NCBI GenBank assembly: GCA_951406725.2
Contig: OX597822.1
Location: 104,842,001 to 104,906,000 of the forward strand
DNA length: 64,000 bases
Direction: 5' to 3'
From: Octopus vulgaris
Taxonomy: Eukaryota
Under the pieces are notes generated by a model. It worked only from the letters and a program-made list of their open reading frames with translations. It did not search any database and had not been told where the DNA came from. Of this stretch, positions 13,630 to 27,779 are shown piece by piece (the stretch's first letter is position 1; each line of letters starts with the position of its first letter). The translations under genes and the position numbers were made by a program.

Positions 13630-14062
13630 TATGTGTGTGAATACATGATTTTTATATGTGTATATATGTGTGTGAATACATGATTTTTATATGTGTATAT
13701 ATGTGTGTGAATACATGATTTTTATATGTGTATATATGTGTGTGAATACATGATTTTTATATGTGTATATATGTGTGTGAATACATGATTTTTATATGTG
13801 TGTATATATGTGTGTGAATACATGATTTTTATATGTGTATATATGTGTGTGAATACATGATTTTTATATGTGTATATATGTGTGTGAATACATGATTTTT
13901 ATATGTGTATATATGTGTGTGAATACATGATTTTTATATGTGTATATATGTGTGTGAATACATGATTTTTATATGTGTATATATGTGTGTGAATACATGA
14001 TTTTTTATATGTGTATATATGTGTGTGAATACATGATTTTTTATATGTGTATATATGTGTGT
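13630..14062. repeat. About 35-bp minisatellite, about 12 near-identical units
   Basis: Unit atacatgatttttatatgtgtatatatgtgtgtga; a diverged unit also at about 13505-13555. Confidence 0.95.
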
Positions 14063-14994
14063 CTCAATGTGATTACTTGATTGTATTTGCATGGTTGTGG
14101 TTCTGTACGTGTTTCTGCTTGTGAATGTATATCTGCGTGTTTTCGTGAGTGTATTTATGCATATGGACGAATATATTTGCATCTATTTCAGCTTCTGTTT
14201 GTGCTTCTACGAAAGCGAGCACACGTATATATGTCTGCGCGCTTCTCTTCGTCTGTATGTGTTTTCCTCTCAGTAAGCATGTGCGAAAGACTCAGCTGTT
14301 GTATGCGTATACAAATGACTTAGCAAAACATTTTGATAAAGATTTCACAATGTATGTATATACGCGGTAAAGAAGATTGATTTTCCTCTCCTTTTATTCC
14401 CCCTCTCCCGCGCTCTCTCACTGTTTCTCTTTCTCTTTCTCTCTTTTTCTCTCTCCCTTTGTTTTCATTTACATCAAATAACGATATATTCTCTTCATAA
14501 TGGTGTGTTTTATTATATTTTATTATTCATATATCTGTTTATTTGGTTGTTTGTTTGCACCTAGATGCAACAGCTATTAGTAAGTCGTTTAGCATTTTCA
14601 TTTACTTCTTGTCTCTCCTACGTATAATAGCTCCAGACTCCATTGCTTTATCGAGGCTTTTAAATCTATTTTCATAAATATTTGGCTACTTTCAGAAAAG
14701 AAAGGAAAGAAAAAAAACAGGTTTTATGTTTTTTATACTGTATTTATATTATTTTCTTCACTATTTCGTGTGGAATATTGTATTATTATTTTTTTAATAA
14801 TATATATTATTTCATTATTGACAATATTGCTGAGATTCCGTTCTCATAAACTGGTTGTTGTAATATACGAAATAGCAAGATAACACAATGGGAATGCTGA
14901 AGAGACACAAACATCAGTACACACACTCACACACACACACACACGCATATACACACGCACATACACACGCACACACCTGCACACAAATATATGT

Positions 14995-15135
14995 GTGTGT
15001 ATATATATATATATGTTCATGTATGTAAGTGTAGAGATATATGTATATATGTATATATATACGTATACATATAGGTATATATATATGAATATATACACAT
15101 ATATATATAAATATATACATATATTTATATATATG

Positions 15136-15167
<32 letters not shown>

Positions 15168-15258
15168 AAATATACGTATATATATATATATATATATATA
15201 TATTACGTATACATATATGTATGTATATATGTATATATATATATATATGTAAATATAC

Positions 15259-15312
<54 letters not shown>

Positions 15313-15574
15313 GTATACATATATGTATGTATATATGTATATATATATATAAATATGTAAATATATATATATATATATGTATATATATGTTTATATATAT
15401 AAATATGTAAATATATATATATATATACATATATACATATATGTATATATATGTGTTTATATATATAAATATATAAATATATATATACATATACATATAC
15501 ATATATATATACATATATATAAAAATATATACATATATACATATATGTAAATATATGTGTTTATATATATATAA

Positions 15575-15625
<51 letters not shown>
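14995..15625. repeat. Long compound (TA)n/(TATG)n microsatellite
   Basis: Direct reading; similar tracts at 9175-9345, 19433-19890, 26700-26940 and 27647-27776. Confidence 0.95.
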
Positions 15626-15628
<3 letters not shown>

Positions 15629-16169
15629 GTATTTGTAATACAAATTATTGCCTGTTATTAATATGAATGCCCAATTATGTCCATCAATGGTTACATAATA
15701 TGTCTACTTACTCTAAATCGTTAAAAACATAATTAATAAATTTTCCTATCGAGTCATTGGTTGTAAAATGATATATTGTATAGAAAATGAGCGCTGATTA
15801 GTATGTATGCGTTACTGCATCAGTTAATATATTAATTGCTTAGAAACTTTTATGGAAAGCTGCAGGTAAAAGAGAGTATACTGCGGTAAGTTAAGAGGGT
15901 TTCTATGTTTCTGTCATAAAAATAATGTGCTATTTTGTATCATTTTGTTCAATTTTTTCAAAGTAGTTTGTCTGAATTTCGAAATAAAATTATAAGGAAC
16001 TTCTACATGGTCGATCAAGCTGTTAGAAAACCTAAGCACGTCTTCCTCAAAGAACACATTACGTGTTTCATATAAAGATTTGTTTCATTGTAAAAAAAGT
16101 AGCACTTGAAGCCTTCAGGCCTTATGCTGACAACACACACGTACCAAGTATGTATGTATATATAGATAT

Positions 16170-19100
16170 GTATGATGTGGTGCGCGGAAACCCAACAGGT
16201 GGCCAGCTTCACCCAGATGTGAGAAGGGCGGCAGCTGAACAGCAGTCTTTTTTGTGCATGGCACAAAAAATTGTTCAGCAGCTGACCTGGCTACAAGCAC
16301 AAAGCTGGAACTACCACCACATAAGGCCACCTCCAACAGATGCAGGATGGCCACCACAGACACCAACACCAACACACACACCACAAAAATATTTCTACTG
16401 AATGTAGGAGGGCTGCTGCGCGGAAACTGTAAAAGAAAATTTCATTCCTGAGAGACCTTGTGACATGCAATCAAGCTATATGCATGGCACTCACAGAAAC
16501 GCATCTTGAACCCGATATAGGTGATGCAGAAATACACATGCCGCAATATGCAGTCATACGCACAGATAGAAAAGGGAGGAGCCATGGTGGAGTTGCAATG
16601 TACATCCGAGATGACCTCACGCCCCAGGTCCTGCTGTCATATTCAAACTCAGTATGTGAAACTCAAATTGTACACATAAGACAACTGAATATCGTCATAT
16701 GCACTACATATCGCCCACCAGACGCCCCAAAACACTCAGGCATGTTTGAAGACTGCCTAACAAAAATAGGAGAAGTCCTCACCAACCTTGAACAGCACAA
16801 CAGTGTATTCTTCATGGGTGACTTTAACCTCCCCAATGTGGAATGGCCTGGGGGGCAGATGCTCCCAGGGATGACACACCATCAGCAGGCACAGGTGGAG
16901 TCCCTGCTCCATCTCACAAATACCTCTTTCATGGAGCAAATAGTTCTGCAACCAACAAGGGCAGATAATATACTGGATCTCTGCTTCACAAACAATATGG
17001 ATATTATCCATAACGTTAATGTGATGCCGACAATGATCTCGGATCACAACATAATAGAGCTGTCTATGTATGGAACAAAAGCCCCCGTAGACACACAGCC
17101 TATACGAAGCATCCACCATCTCTCCAACTTAAACTTTCATAAAGCCAACTGGAAGTCGATTGAGAAAGAGATCCTCAAACAGGATTGGCCTGAATGTCTC
17201 TCCACACCGGACATAAACATGAAACACAAACACTTCATGTCCATAATACAAGCCATATGTGACAAATATGTCCCAATGTGCAGGGCCAGCACACACAAGA
17301 ACAAAAACAGGATCCCTAGAGAAAGGAGGATTCTTATGAGACGACGGACAAGGATTGCAAACCGCCTGAGCAAGCACACCAAAAGTGGTGAGAAGTCTCG
17401 GCTCGAAAGAATGCTAATGGAAACTGAGAAAAGTCTACATCAGTCCCATGAAAAGGAGAGAGCAGATAAAGAAGCTTGGGTAATAGAAAATCTAAAATCA
17501 AACCCTAAAGCTTTCTTTAAGTTTGCCAAAGAGACAGCCACAGTGCACCAGAGAATAGGACCTCTCTTCCAAAAAGATGGCTCTCTCACAGGAAATCCCA
17601 CGAGGATATGTGAAATACTGAACGAACAGTTCCAAAGTGTGTTCACTACACCTCTAGGACACAGGCAAGTAAACAACCCAGAAGAATTCTTTGCCACTTT
17701 ACCAGCGGCCAAAGAGACAAAAATTGAGTACATCAACATCGAGGAAGATGATATCACACTAGCCATTGATGAGATTGACACAAACTCAGCTGCTGGACCT
17801 GATGGATTCCCAGCGATCCTTCTCAAATCGTGCAAACGAGCCCTTGCAAAACCGATACAGCTTCTTTTTCAGAGCTTTCTTGCAAGTGGTAAGCTCCCAG
17901 TCAAACTGAAAGAGGGGGTAATATGCCCTATCCATAAGGGAGGTAGCAGAGCAGATGCTAAAAATTATAGGCCTATCTCTCTGACCTCACACATCAGCAA
18001 AGTCATGGAACGAATAGTCCGTAAGAAACTAATCATGTTCCTTGAAGAAAATGACTTACTGTCTGACACCCAGCATGGATTTCGACCAGGTAGAGGCTGC
18101 CTAACACAGCTCCTGCAACACTATGACTGGGTGTTGAAACAGCTACTAAATGGCTCAAATGTGGATGTAATATATCTTGACTTTGCAAAAGCCTTTGATA
18201 AAGTCGACCATGGTATGATCTGTCACAAACTGCGTGGTCTCGGCATAGGCGGGAAACTTGGAGAGTGGCTGCACAACTTCCTAAAAGACAGAAAACAGGC
18301 AGTTGTGAGCAATGGAGCCACCTCCAGGGAAACGCAAATAACAAGCGGTGTCCCACAGGGCACTGTCTTGGGGCCACTGATGTTCATAGTGGCCCTTTCA
18401 GACATGCCTTCAGTTGCTACGATGACCACCCTTGCTAGCTATGCAGATGACACAAAAGTCTCCCACGCAATACAAAACCCTGAAAATATTGCGCATCTGC
18501 AACATGAGCTGGACACAATATACAGGTGGGCTGAGGACAACAACATGCAGTTTAATGCAGGTAAGTTCCAGGCCCTGCGCTACTGGCACACAAAGGTAAA
18601 TGACGTGAAGACTGGATACACTGGCCCAGGAAGAATTGCAATCCCTGAGTCAAAATCAGTGCGTGACCTGGGCATTGACATGAGCAATGATGCATCTTTC
18701 CAAATGCATATTGCTAATCTGGTGATAAAATGCAGACGGCTAGCTGGATGGATTCTCCGAACTTTCAGAACAAGAGAGAAGGAGACACTGATGGTCCTAT
18801 GGAAAACATTTGTCCTCAGCCGCTTGGACTACTGCTCCCAACTTTGGTCACCACACAATATAAAACAAACAGCAGAACTCGAAGCAACTGAGAGAAGCTA
18901 CACAAAGAAAATCGTCTCAATGCAAAATGTCAGCTACTGGGAAAGACTGAAGGTATTAAACCTCTTCTCCCTGGAGCGGAGGCGGGAGAGATATGCAGTG
19001 ATATACATCTGGAAAATCCTGGAGGGTCTTGTCCCAAACTTTGGCATTCAAAGTTACTCCAACCGCAGAACGGGGCGCCGCTGCGTGGTGCCAAGGATTC

Positions 19101-19434
19101 CAACATCACCATCAAAATACAGGTCCAGATACTGCAACAGCTTGGGTTTCAGAGGACCACAGCTCTTTAACATCCTCCCTAAATGCCTGAGAGACTTACA
19201 TGGTGTGGATGTGGGTTTCTTTAAAACTAAACTGGATCTCTTCTTGTTGGGAGTCCCAGATGAACCTACCTCACGACAGGAGACACGGATGCGGGCAGCA
19301 GCATCGAACTCCCTTGTTGATCAAGTGCCACGTATCAGAGGTGGATTCACAAACTAGTGTAGCGCATTCAGCGGTGGTGCCCCAGCATGGCCGCGGCCTT
19401 CGGGCTAAAACATTTTTAAGGATTTAAGGATTTA
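16170..19434 (+). mobile_element. 5'-truncated CR1-group LINE (ORF1 C-terminus, ORF2, 3' UTR, (TTTAAGGA)n tail)
   Basis: GC-richer block between TA-rich flanks; probable ORF1 tail ...SFLCMAQKIVQQLTWLQ...PQKYFY* (ends 16401) overlaps the ORF2 start; tail tttaagga x2. Confidence 0.9.
16460..19357 (+). CDS. LINE ORF2: APE endonuclease plus reverse transcriptase (original start probably ATG 16347, with a 1-bp frameshift near 16436-16439)
   Basis: APE motifs LTETHL, GGVAMY, YRPP, GDFN, LDL, SDHN; RT motifs YRPISLTS, QHGFR, LDFAKAFDKV, GVPQGTVLGP, YADD, DLGI; upstream frame encodes IFLLNVGGL. Confidence 0.95.
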   Translation: MTCNQAICMALTETHLEPDIGDAEIHMPQYAVIRTDRKGRSHGGVAMYIRDDLTPQVLLSYSNSVCETQIVHIRQLNIVICTTYRPPDAPKHSGMFEDCLTKIGEVLTNLEQHNSVFFMGDFNLPNVEWPGGQMLPGMTHHQQAQVESLLHLTNTSFMEQIVLQPTRADNILDLCFTNNMDIIHNVNVMPTMISDHNIIELSMYGTKAPVDTQPIRSIHHLSNLNFHKANWKSIEKEILKQDWPECLSTPDINMKHKHFMSIIQAICDKYVPMCRASTHKNKNRIPRERRILMRRRTRIANRLSKHTKSGEKSRLERMLMETEKSLHQSHEKERADKEAWVIENLKSNPKAFFKFAKETATVHQRIGPLFQKDGSLTGNPTRICEILNEQFQSVFTTPLGHRQVNNPEEFFATLPAAKETKIEYINIEEDDITLAIDEIDTNSAAGPDGFPAILLKSCKRALAKPIQLLFQSFLASGKLPVKLKEGVICPIHKGGSRADAKNYRPISLTSHISKVMERIVRKKLIMFLEENDLLSDTQHGFRPGRGCLTQLLQHYDWVLKQLLNGSNVDVIYLDFAKAFDKVDHGMICHKLRGLGIGGKLGEWLHNFLKDRKQAVVSNGATSRETQITSGVPQGTVLGPLMFIVALSDMPSVATMTTLASYADDTKVSHAIQNPENIAHLQHELDTIYRWAEDNNMQFNAGKFQALRYWHTKVNDVKTGYTGPGRIAIPESKSVRDLGIDMSNDASFQMHIANLVIKCRRLAGWILRTFRTREKETLMVLWKTFVLSRLDYCSQLWSPHNIKQTAELEATERSYTKKIVSMQNVSYWERLKVLNLFSLERRRERYAVIYIWKILEGLVPNFGIQSYSNRRTGRRCVVPRIPTSPSKYRSRYCNSLGFRGPQLFNILPKCLRDLHGVDVGFFKTKLDLFLLGVPDEPTSRQETRMRAAASNSLVDQVPRIRGGFTN

Positions 19435-19730
19435 TATATGTATATATATATATATATATATATACAAATATATATATATATATACAAATATATATATGTA
19501 TATATATATACACAAATATATATATGTATACATATGTGTATATATGTGCATATATATATATGTGTATATATGTATATTTATATATGTATATACATACACA
19601 AACATATATATTACCATTAAAATAACAATAATAATAAAGTGGCCAGCAAGTTTAACCTAAATAGGGCTTGGTTGCATACATAGATATATATATACATATG
19701 TACGTACATATATATATATGTATATATGTT

Positions 19731-19771
<41 letters not shown>

Positions 19772-19828
19772 GTACATATGCATGCATGTATATACAAACA
19801 CACTTATATATACGTGTACATATATATA

Positions 19829-19894
<66 letters not shown>

Positions 19895-21271
19895 TTTAGG
19901 GTGACAGAAAGTGGGAGAGGGAGAGAGGAAAATTGACAGGATCGATTGATCGATCGGTCAATAGAGAGATCGATATAGAGAAGAGATGACGGTTAAACAT
20001 ATATGCAGATGCAAGTGTTGATGCATGTTTGTGTTCGGATCTCTGTTTGCATTTTATGTATTGTTTTGTGTACGGTCAAACAAAGATATTAATAAAAATC
20101 AATGCTAACGTGTAAAATTAGTACAATGGTAAATATGGCCGACAAAACTCATGACCGCTGCCCCAGTGTGGCCATAGCTTAATTATTGAAACCAACATTT
20201 GTTGCAGAATGAACGGATGAATTAAAACTAAATGAATCTAATATGTGTATGGTCTTGTTCTATCACAGCGTTGCTAATTGCAATCACACTAATGTCATTT
20301 TCAGTTTCCTTTATCCCTTCACCTCTCCAATATTTGTGCAGCTCTGCCATTTCAAATGCTGAAACCAATGATTAACCCTATGGGATATCTATACATTCAT
20401 AGGATTATGAAAGATAATCCATTACGTATTTGCATCAGCAATTTGACTAGGTTTAGATTACCCAATGTATATCTTATAATTTTAAGACATTTTGCGATTT
20501 GAGTAAGATTCTCCTGCTAGTTTTTTGCAGGGCGAATAACAACTTTTCGGCTTACATAATTCTCATATTTCTGTGCAGATGGGTACGGGGCACATACGCC
20601 ATAGAAACCGGGAGACCGTGCCTATGAGCCTAGCTAGGCTTGAAAAGGGCGCAAAAGAAAAAAAAAGAAAAGATATTTATATAACCAGGGAGAAAGTATA
20701 GAAAAATAATCGATATAATAGAGACATTAAAATGAAGCTTGGATAAAACGATCGCAAAAAGACGTTCGCTGTATACTAGAAATAGTAGCTATATCTCCTA
20801 AAATCACACCATGCTATTCAAAGCTATGAGTTTAAGAAGTTGACTTCGCAAATGAATGATACTTAATTCGATGCCAATGCGTAGTGTCTTGGTCAAGTGG
20901 TTTCTTACAATACCATCGAGTTGACGAAAGTTTCACATTTGGTCAACATAATCTTTGTGGAATCAAAAGCATGGAAACAGACATACACACACTTGTGTAC
21001 GTGTATGTATGTGAGTTTGTATGTATGTGTGTTTGTATGTATGTGTGTTTGTATGTATGTGTGTTTGTATGTATGTGAGTCTGTCTATACCTATGAATTT
21101 GACTAAGCCCTTTTATTACAAATATGTAAAGGAATATTTCGATAAATATATTTCGATACAATAAACACAATAGTCGTTATGAGGAATTTCGACAAATTAC
21201 AGAAAAACCGTTAAGGGCAATGCCCCAGCATGGCCATAGTCCTATAACTGGAACCAGTACACATATAATGA

Positions 21272-21456
21272 AATACCTATTTCTGTATTGCCCACAAGGG
21301 ACTAAACACAGAAAGGACAAACAAGGACAGACAAACGTATTAAGTCGATTACATCGACCCCAGTGCGTAACTGGTACTTAATTTATCGACCCCGAAAGGA
21401 TGAAAGGCAAAGTTGACCTCGGCGGAATTTGAACCCAGAACGTAACGGCTGACGAA
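21272..21456 (-). mobile_element. SINE family A, head-less unit
   Basis: Reverse complement of the family A core and tail. Confidence 0.8.
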
Positions 21457-22214
21457 AAAGAAACAGACATATGTAGCCAAGGTAAATTATTACTCGACCT
21501 ATTATTCTACATTAAACAATAATGGGATAATTAGATTTTGAACTCATTTGAACTCTGGTTGGTTCGATTAGATCAGGTTAAACAATGACAACGTTAACAA
21601 CTAAAAGAATACATCTGTATCATACTATGAGATCAAAGGTATTTTACAAATAAACACTAACATCATGCATTATACAGCAGAAGGAATCGATTCAATTATA
21701 AAACGATGCATACCTTAATGTATTTATGATTTTATCGGCAGATCATAGACTCATGGGGCTTTTATTAGGAGGCATCCTCAATGTTGTTAGAAATACTCTG
21801 TGAATGGCTTCGATTCGTTTACGTGTTTCTCACCCTTGAATGATATTGTTCAGGTGTGATTTCAGTTAAAAATATGTTAGCTCCTATTTTACTGTGTATT
21901 CACGTATTCACACACACACACACACACTCAATCCCTGATTGATTGACTGGCCGACTCACTCACTCACTCACACTCACACAGTAAAAAAAAAAAAAATAAT
22001 AATTTCGAAGCGACGTGACAGACTTGGAACAATTAGTTTAAATCATTGATGAGGATGCGAACGGAGAAGAAAGGATTCCGACAAAGCAGCTGATTCATTG
22101 ATTTATCGAACGCTCATTCAAGCTGTCGATTAGTTAATTGGTACCTTGTTGATATAGTTGACTAATAATAATGATATAAATATTTGAAATACAACTAATG
22201 TGCTTCTGTTTTAG

Positions 22215-22275
<61 letters not shown>

Positions 22276-22276
22276 A

Positions 22277-22492
22277 GGGAGAGTTCACGAAAAAAAACAA
22301 ACAGATGTCTTAGTATAACGCTCAGGAATTGAAAAAGTCTTTTATGTTTCGAGCCTACGCTCTTGTTGATATAGTTGACTAATAATAATGATATAAATAT
22401 TTGAAATACAACTAATGTGCTTCTGTTTTAGTATATATATATATATATATATATAAATATGAACTCTCATATATATATATATGAACTCTCCC

Positions 22493-22551
<59 letters not shown>

Positions 22552-22694
22552 AGAGTTCACGAAAAAAAAAACAGATGTATTAGTATAACGCTCAGGAATT
22601 AAAGAAAGTATTTTACGTTTCGAGTCTACGATCTTCTACTGAAAGGGACACATAGAGTTTGATCTTTACCTTCTGTTTGTGATGTATACTTTGC

Positions 22695-22726
<32 letters not shown>

Positions 22727-22900
22727 GAATGTGTGTGTGAGAGAGAGGGATGCAAAGTATACATCACAAACACAAGGTAAGGATCAAACTCTGTGTTTTA
22801 GTTTGACGCTCAGGAAAAAGGAAAAACTAGAAGGAAATGCCTTTTACGTTTCGAGTTTTCGCTCTTCGTTCAGAAAAAAAGACCAGAGAGAAATGAACGG
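22277..22900 (-). mobile_element. Cluster of three related Penelope-like terminal fragments with hammerhead-like motifs
   Basis: Minus-strand AAGAGCGUAGGCUCGAAACAU (22340-22365), AGAAGAUCGUAGACUCGAAACGU (about 22615-22640) and CUGAACGAAGAGCGAAAACUCGAAACGU (about 22845-22875); related to 42069-42107. Confidence 0.6.
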
Positions 22901-23465
22901 AGTAGGAAAATAGAAAAATCGAAATGCATGTGCATCTAACAGTTATGTCATTCTAAATTCACCGAAAGTAATAATCCGGTTACATTAGGCATCAGTGCAA
23001 GGTGGATAATTGTCTCCGGGGATTGGGCTGTGCGTGCGTATGTGTGTGTCGCCGTACATATGTGTATACACGCGTGTGCTTGCTTACTGGTTTATATGTT
23101 TGTCATATATTTCACTATTTTATATTACCCAAGGTGTGGAGAAAGCAGAATCGTTAGCGAGTCGGACAAAATATATAGTAGTATTTCTACTGGCTCCGAA
23201 AGATTTGAGATTAAACACTGCTAAATTCAGCTTGCCCTACATCCAATCGAGATCGATAAAATAAAATGCCATTTACGTACTGTGGTTCGGTTCCACAGCA
23301 TAATACTTTGTGCATTATGTTCTGTTTATCTCCATTACCCATGTCGTGTTTTCGGTCCATTAATTGAGCAGTTCAGAAAAAGTCCGATTCAACAAATATC
23401 AATTTGAAAGATGTAACACAACCTCCTACTCATTGAAACGCATAAGAGATAAATTCAACGAGAGG

Positions 23466-23535
<70 letters not shown>

Positions 23536-23536
23536 C

Positions 23537-23599
<63 letters not shown>

Positions 23600-23607
23600 C
23601 CTCTCTC

Positions 23608-23662
<55 letters not shown>

Positions 23663-23757
23663 GTTTGTCTGTCTGTCTGTGTCGCTGTCTGTCTATATAT
23701 CTATCTATCTATCTATCTGTTTGTCTGTCTGTCTGTCTGTGTCGCTGTCTGTCTATA

Positions 23758-23802
<45 letters not shown>

Positions 23803-23825
23803 GTCTGTCTGTCTGTCTGTCTATT
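23466..23825. repeat. (TATC)n/(TGTC)n microsatellite
   Basis: Direct reading; similar at 33129-33470 and 37486-37590. Confidence 0.95.
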
Positions 23826-24232
23826 TATAAATGTATGAATGTATACATGCATATTCGTATGTATACACACACACACACACACATACACATATATGTATAT
23901 TCATTTGTATGTATGTGTGTGTGTGTATATATATAAATGTATATATGTGTGTATGCATAAAGTATGTATGCATGTATATATATGTATGCTTCTGCATGTG
24001 CGTGTGTATGTGTGTACGAAATACTCGCATACTGACAAAAATACACATACACAAATGTCACATCTCAATAACTCGTACATACAAGCAATCTTATGGCCAT
24101 CCTCTCATACAGATCGCTCCTAATTGTAATGCTTCAAGAGTATGGTATACCTGTATTTCTTTCTTTGTCTGTTTCTCTCTTTCTCTTTTCTCCTTTCTTT
24201 ATATGCAAATATATACATATATATATATATAT

Positions 24233-24391
24233 GGAGTGGCTGTGTTGTAAGTAGCTTGTTTACCAACCACATCGTTCCGGGTTCAGTCGCACTGCGTGGC
24301 ACCTTGGGCAGGTGTCTTCTACTATAGCCTCGGGCCGGCCAAAGCCTTGTGAGTGGATTTGGTAAACGGAAGCTGAAAGAAGCTCGTCGTA

Positions 24392-24422
<31 letters not shown>

Positions 24423-24647
24423 GCGTGTGTGTGTTTGTGTGTCTGTGTTTGTCCCCATAGCATTGCTTGACAACCGATGCTGGTGTGTTTATGTCCCCGT
24501 TACTAAGCGGTTCGGCAAAAGATACCGATAGAATAAGTACTGGTCTTACAAAAGAATAAGTCCCGGGGTCGAGTTGCTCGATTAAAGGCGGTGCTCCAGC
24601 ATGGCCCTCAGTCAAATGACTGAAACAAGTAAAAGAGTAAAGAGAGA
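24233..24647 (+). mobile_element. SINE family B inserted in (TA)n
   Basis: Near full-length copy similar to 5144-5560. Confidence 0.85.
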
Positions 24648-24663
24648 ATATATATATATATGC

Positions 24664-24715
<52 letters not shown>

Positions 24716-25143
24716 ATATTCACAGACGCACACTTAACACACAGACACGCACAGCAAAGCACCTACACACACAGACACACCAGCACACCAACACACACAC
24801 ATACTTATGCACTCTTCTGCCTACAAAAAGCACATTATTCTCTCTCCAACTTCCGATTAGTTATTTTCCATCACGTAGCTACCCACGTGCTTTTCTCCTG
24901 ACTCATAAGTTAATCTCCTCCACCTTTCCTCTTTTCTCCGCTCTACTCTTCCATGAAGGGCTCTGCGCAGAACGTTAGATTACAAAAAAATGTTAAGTAT
25001 CTTTGTAAAACTTTCTTCGAGCGTAAAGCTAATAATATTCACCGTTAACGTCCCTTAGACTGTTGCGATTTTTGCTTTTGAATGCGTCATTCTTTATCGA
25101 TTTACCTTTATATAATATAATATAAAATAACATAATATACATA

Positions 25144-25199
<56 letters not shown>

Positions 25200-25227
25200 T
25201 TATACACATACATATATGTGTGTGTGC

Positions 25228-25261
<34 letters not shown>

Positions 25262-26697
25262 GCATACCCACTCACACAGCTATATTCAATATGATATTCG
25301 TTAAGCAACTACTATTGTTTTTGGTTCAGTACCACAGTAAACCAGTTTAGATCTAGGGCAAATGTCCCCTTGTATAGACCCCAGTTGACAAATATATTAT
25401 GAGTGAATTTGGTAGACAGAAACTAGGTAAGAGCCCGCCGTATACATAAGTATCTATCATCTATCTATTTATCTATCCATCTCTCTATCTATCCATCTGT
25501 GTGTGTGCTTATGTGTATGTATGTATGCATGTATGTATGTATGTATGCATGTTTGTATGTGTATATATATTAGTGTATTTATAGCCCGTGTTGTATGCAT
25601 ACATTTTACGAGGTTAAAACATCAGAGATATGTATAAAGTAACGTTACTGATTTTACTTCTGTGTGCACGTACAGAAGACGTACGTGAATAGTGTTCGCT
25701 GGAAGTTTACTAGCGTTTATGTCTTCAGATAAGTATGTCTGGTGACTTGACCTATATAATCATTCAAAGATTTTAACAAATTTATACCTGAGAGGCTTTT
25801 TTTTTTCCTGGTAACAGGCGCCTGTTAGATATTTAGGTAAAATAAAAAAAAAATCGTATGAGAGAAAAAAATATGCGTAAAAAAAAGTATTCGTCAACTA
25901 AAACCAGTCCTTCTTGTTATATCGGTAATCGATTTAAAGAAAAGAGAGTAAGACACACAAATGAAATAATGAAATAAACGAAACGTCTGTGCGTCTACCA
26001 ATCAGATTTTGCTAATCAATCACACACTTTCTTTATTCTGTGTAAGCAACCGTTCTGGGTAAAAAGGAATGGAGAAGAAGATTCAATGACTCTTTATAGA
26101 AAATCTAGTGAAATGGCACGATTCTTGATTTTACGATGCCGTAAATATACAATTTGTGTCTATTATTATTATTATTATTATTATTATCATTGTTATTAAT
26201 ATTATTATTATTATTATTATTGTTATTATTATTATTATTATTTTTATTATTATTATCATTATTATTATTATTATTATTATTATGATCATCATCATTATTA
26301 TTATTATTTTTCAGTAGTAGTAGTAGTTGTTGTTGCTGTTGTTGTTCTTGTTGCTTTTGTTATTTTTTTCTTTTTGTGTTGCCGTCGTTGTTGGTGTTTT
26401 CTGCTTGAATCTGTTGCAATATAAGTGCGAAAGTTAATTACCTAAAATATCATGGCGAATTGTGTGTGCGTGGGATGGATCTGGTGAGGTGCGACGTGGG
26501 AAAGAGAGGAAAGGAAAAAAAATTCATCTTCAAATATACAGGTGCGAAGACGTAATATCGCCAGGCAATCAATCGAATATACTTATACGAATAAATTATG
26601 AGCAATAATTTTCTATCATATGCGTATAACTATCAACATACATGCACATGTACGCAGTCGCATGATATGTGGGGTTATTATATGTATACATACAGAC

Positions 26698-26743
<46 letters not shown>

Positions 26744-26773
26744 GTATATATATATATACGTATATATATATAC

Positions 26774-26846
<73 letters not shown>

Positions 26847-26873
26847 CATATATATATATGTATATATATTTAT

Positions 26874-26922
<49 letters not shown>

Positions 26923-27318
26923 TATGTATGTATGTATCTATGTATACTTCACAAACATACACAAACTATATATGTGGGGAGAGGTTCAGCTAAATAGATA
27001 TATATTTGTACACACAAACACACACACAAACACACACACACACACACATACACACACACACACACACACGCACACATAGCCGCTCACGCACACACAATAT
27101 GGTGTGAATTGCTATGAGGCAGATAAGCACTGCTTACTCTAAAAAATTATGATGTGCTAACTAAATTAATGGAAATAAAATAAGATTCATAGTCCAGCTC
27201 TATCGTTGATCTTCACACGCATTTGTTTGCCTTATCGATTTATTTTCACACAAATTCTTCGTGTTTATATGTTCATATATATATGCATATGCTGATGTGT
27301 GTACATTTATGCATGTGC

Positions 27319-27779
<461 letters not shown>

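Noticed and set aside
13630-14062. 35-bp repeat array as a possible CRISPR
   Set aside because: Units are contiguous with no unique spacers, there are no cas genes, and the context is eukaryotic
16757-19115. Antisense ORFs within the LINE
   Set aside because: Shadow frames of ORF2 with no recognisable domains
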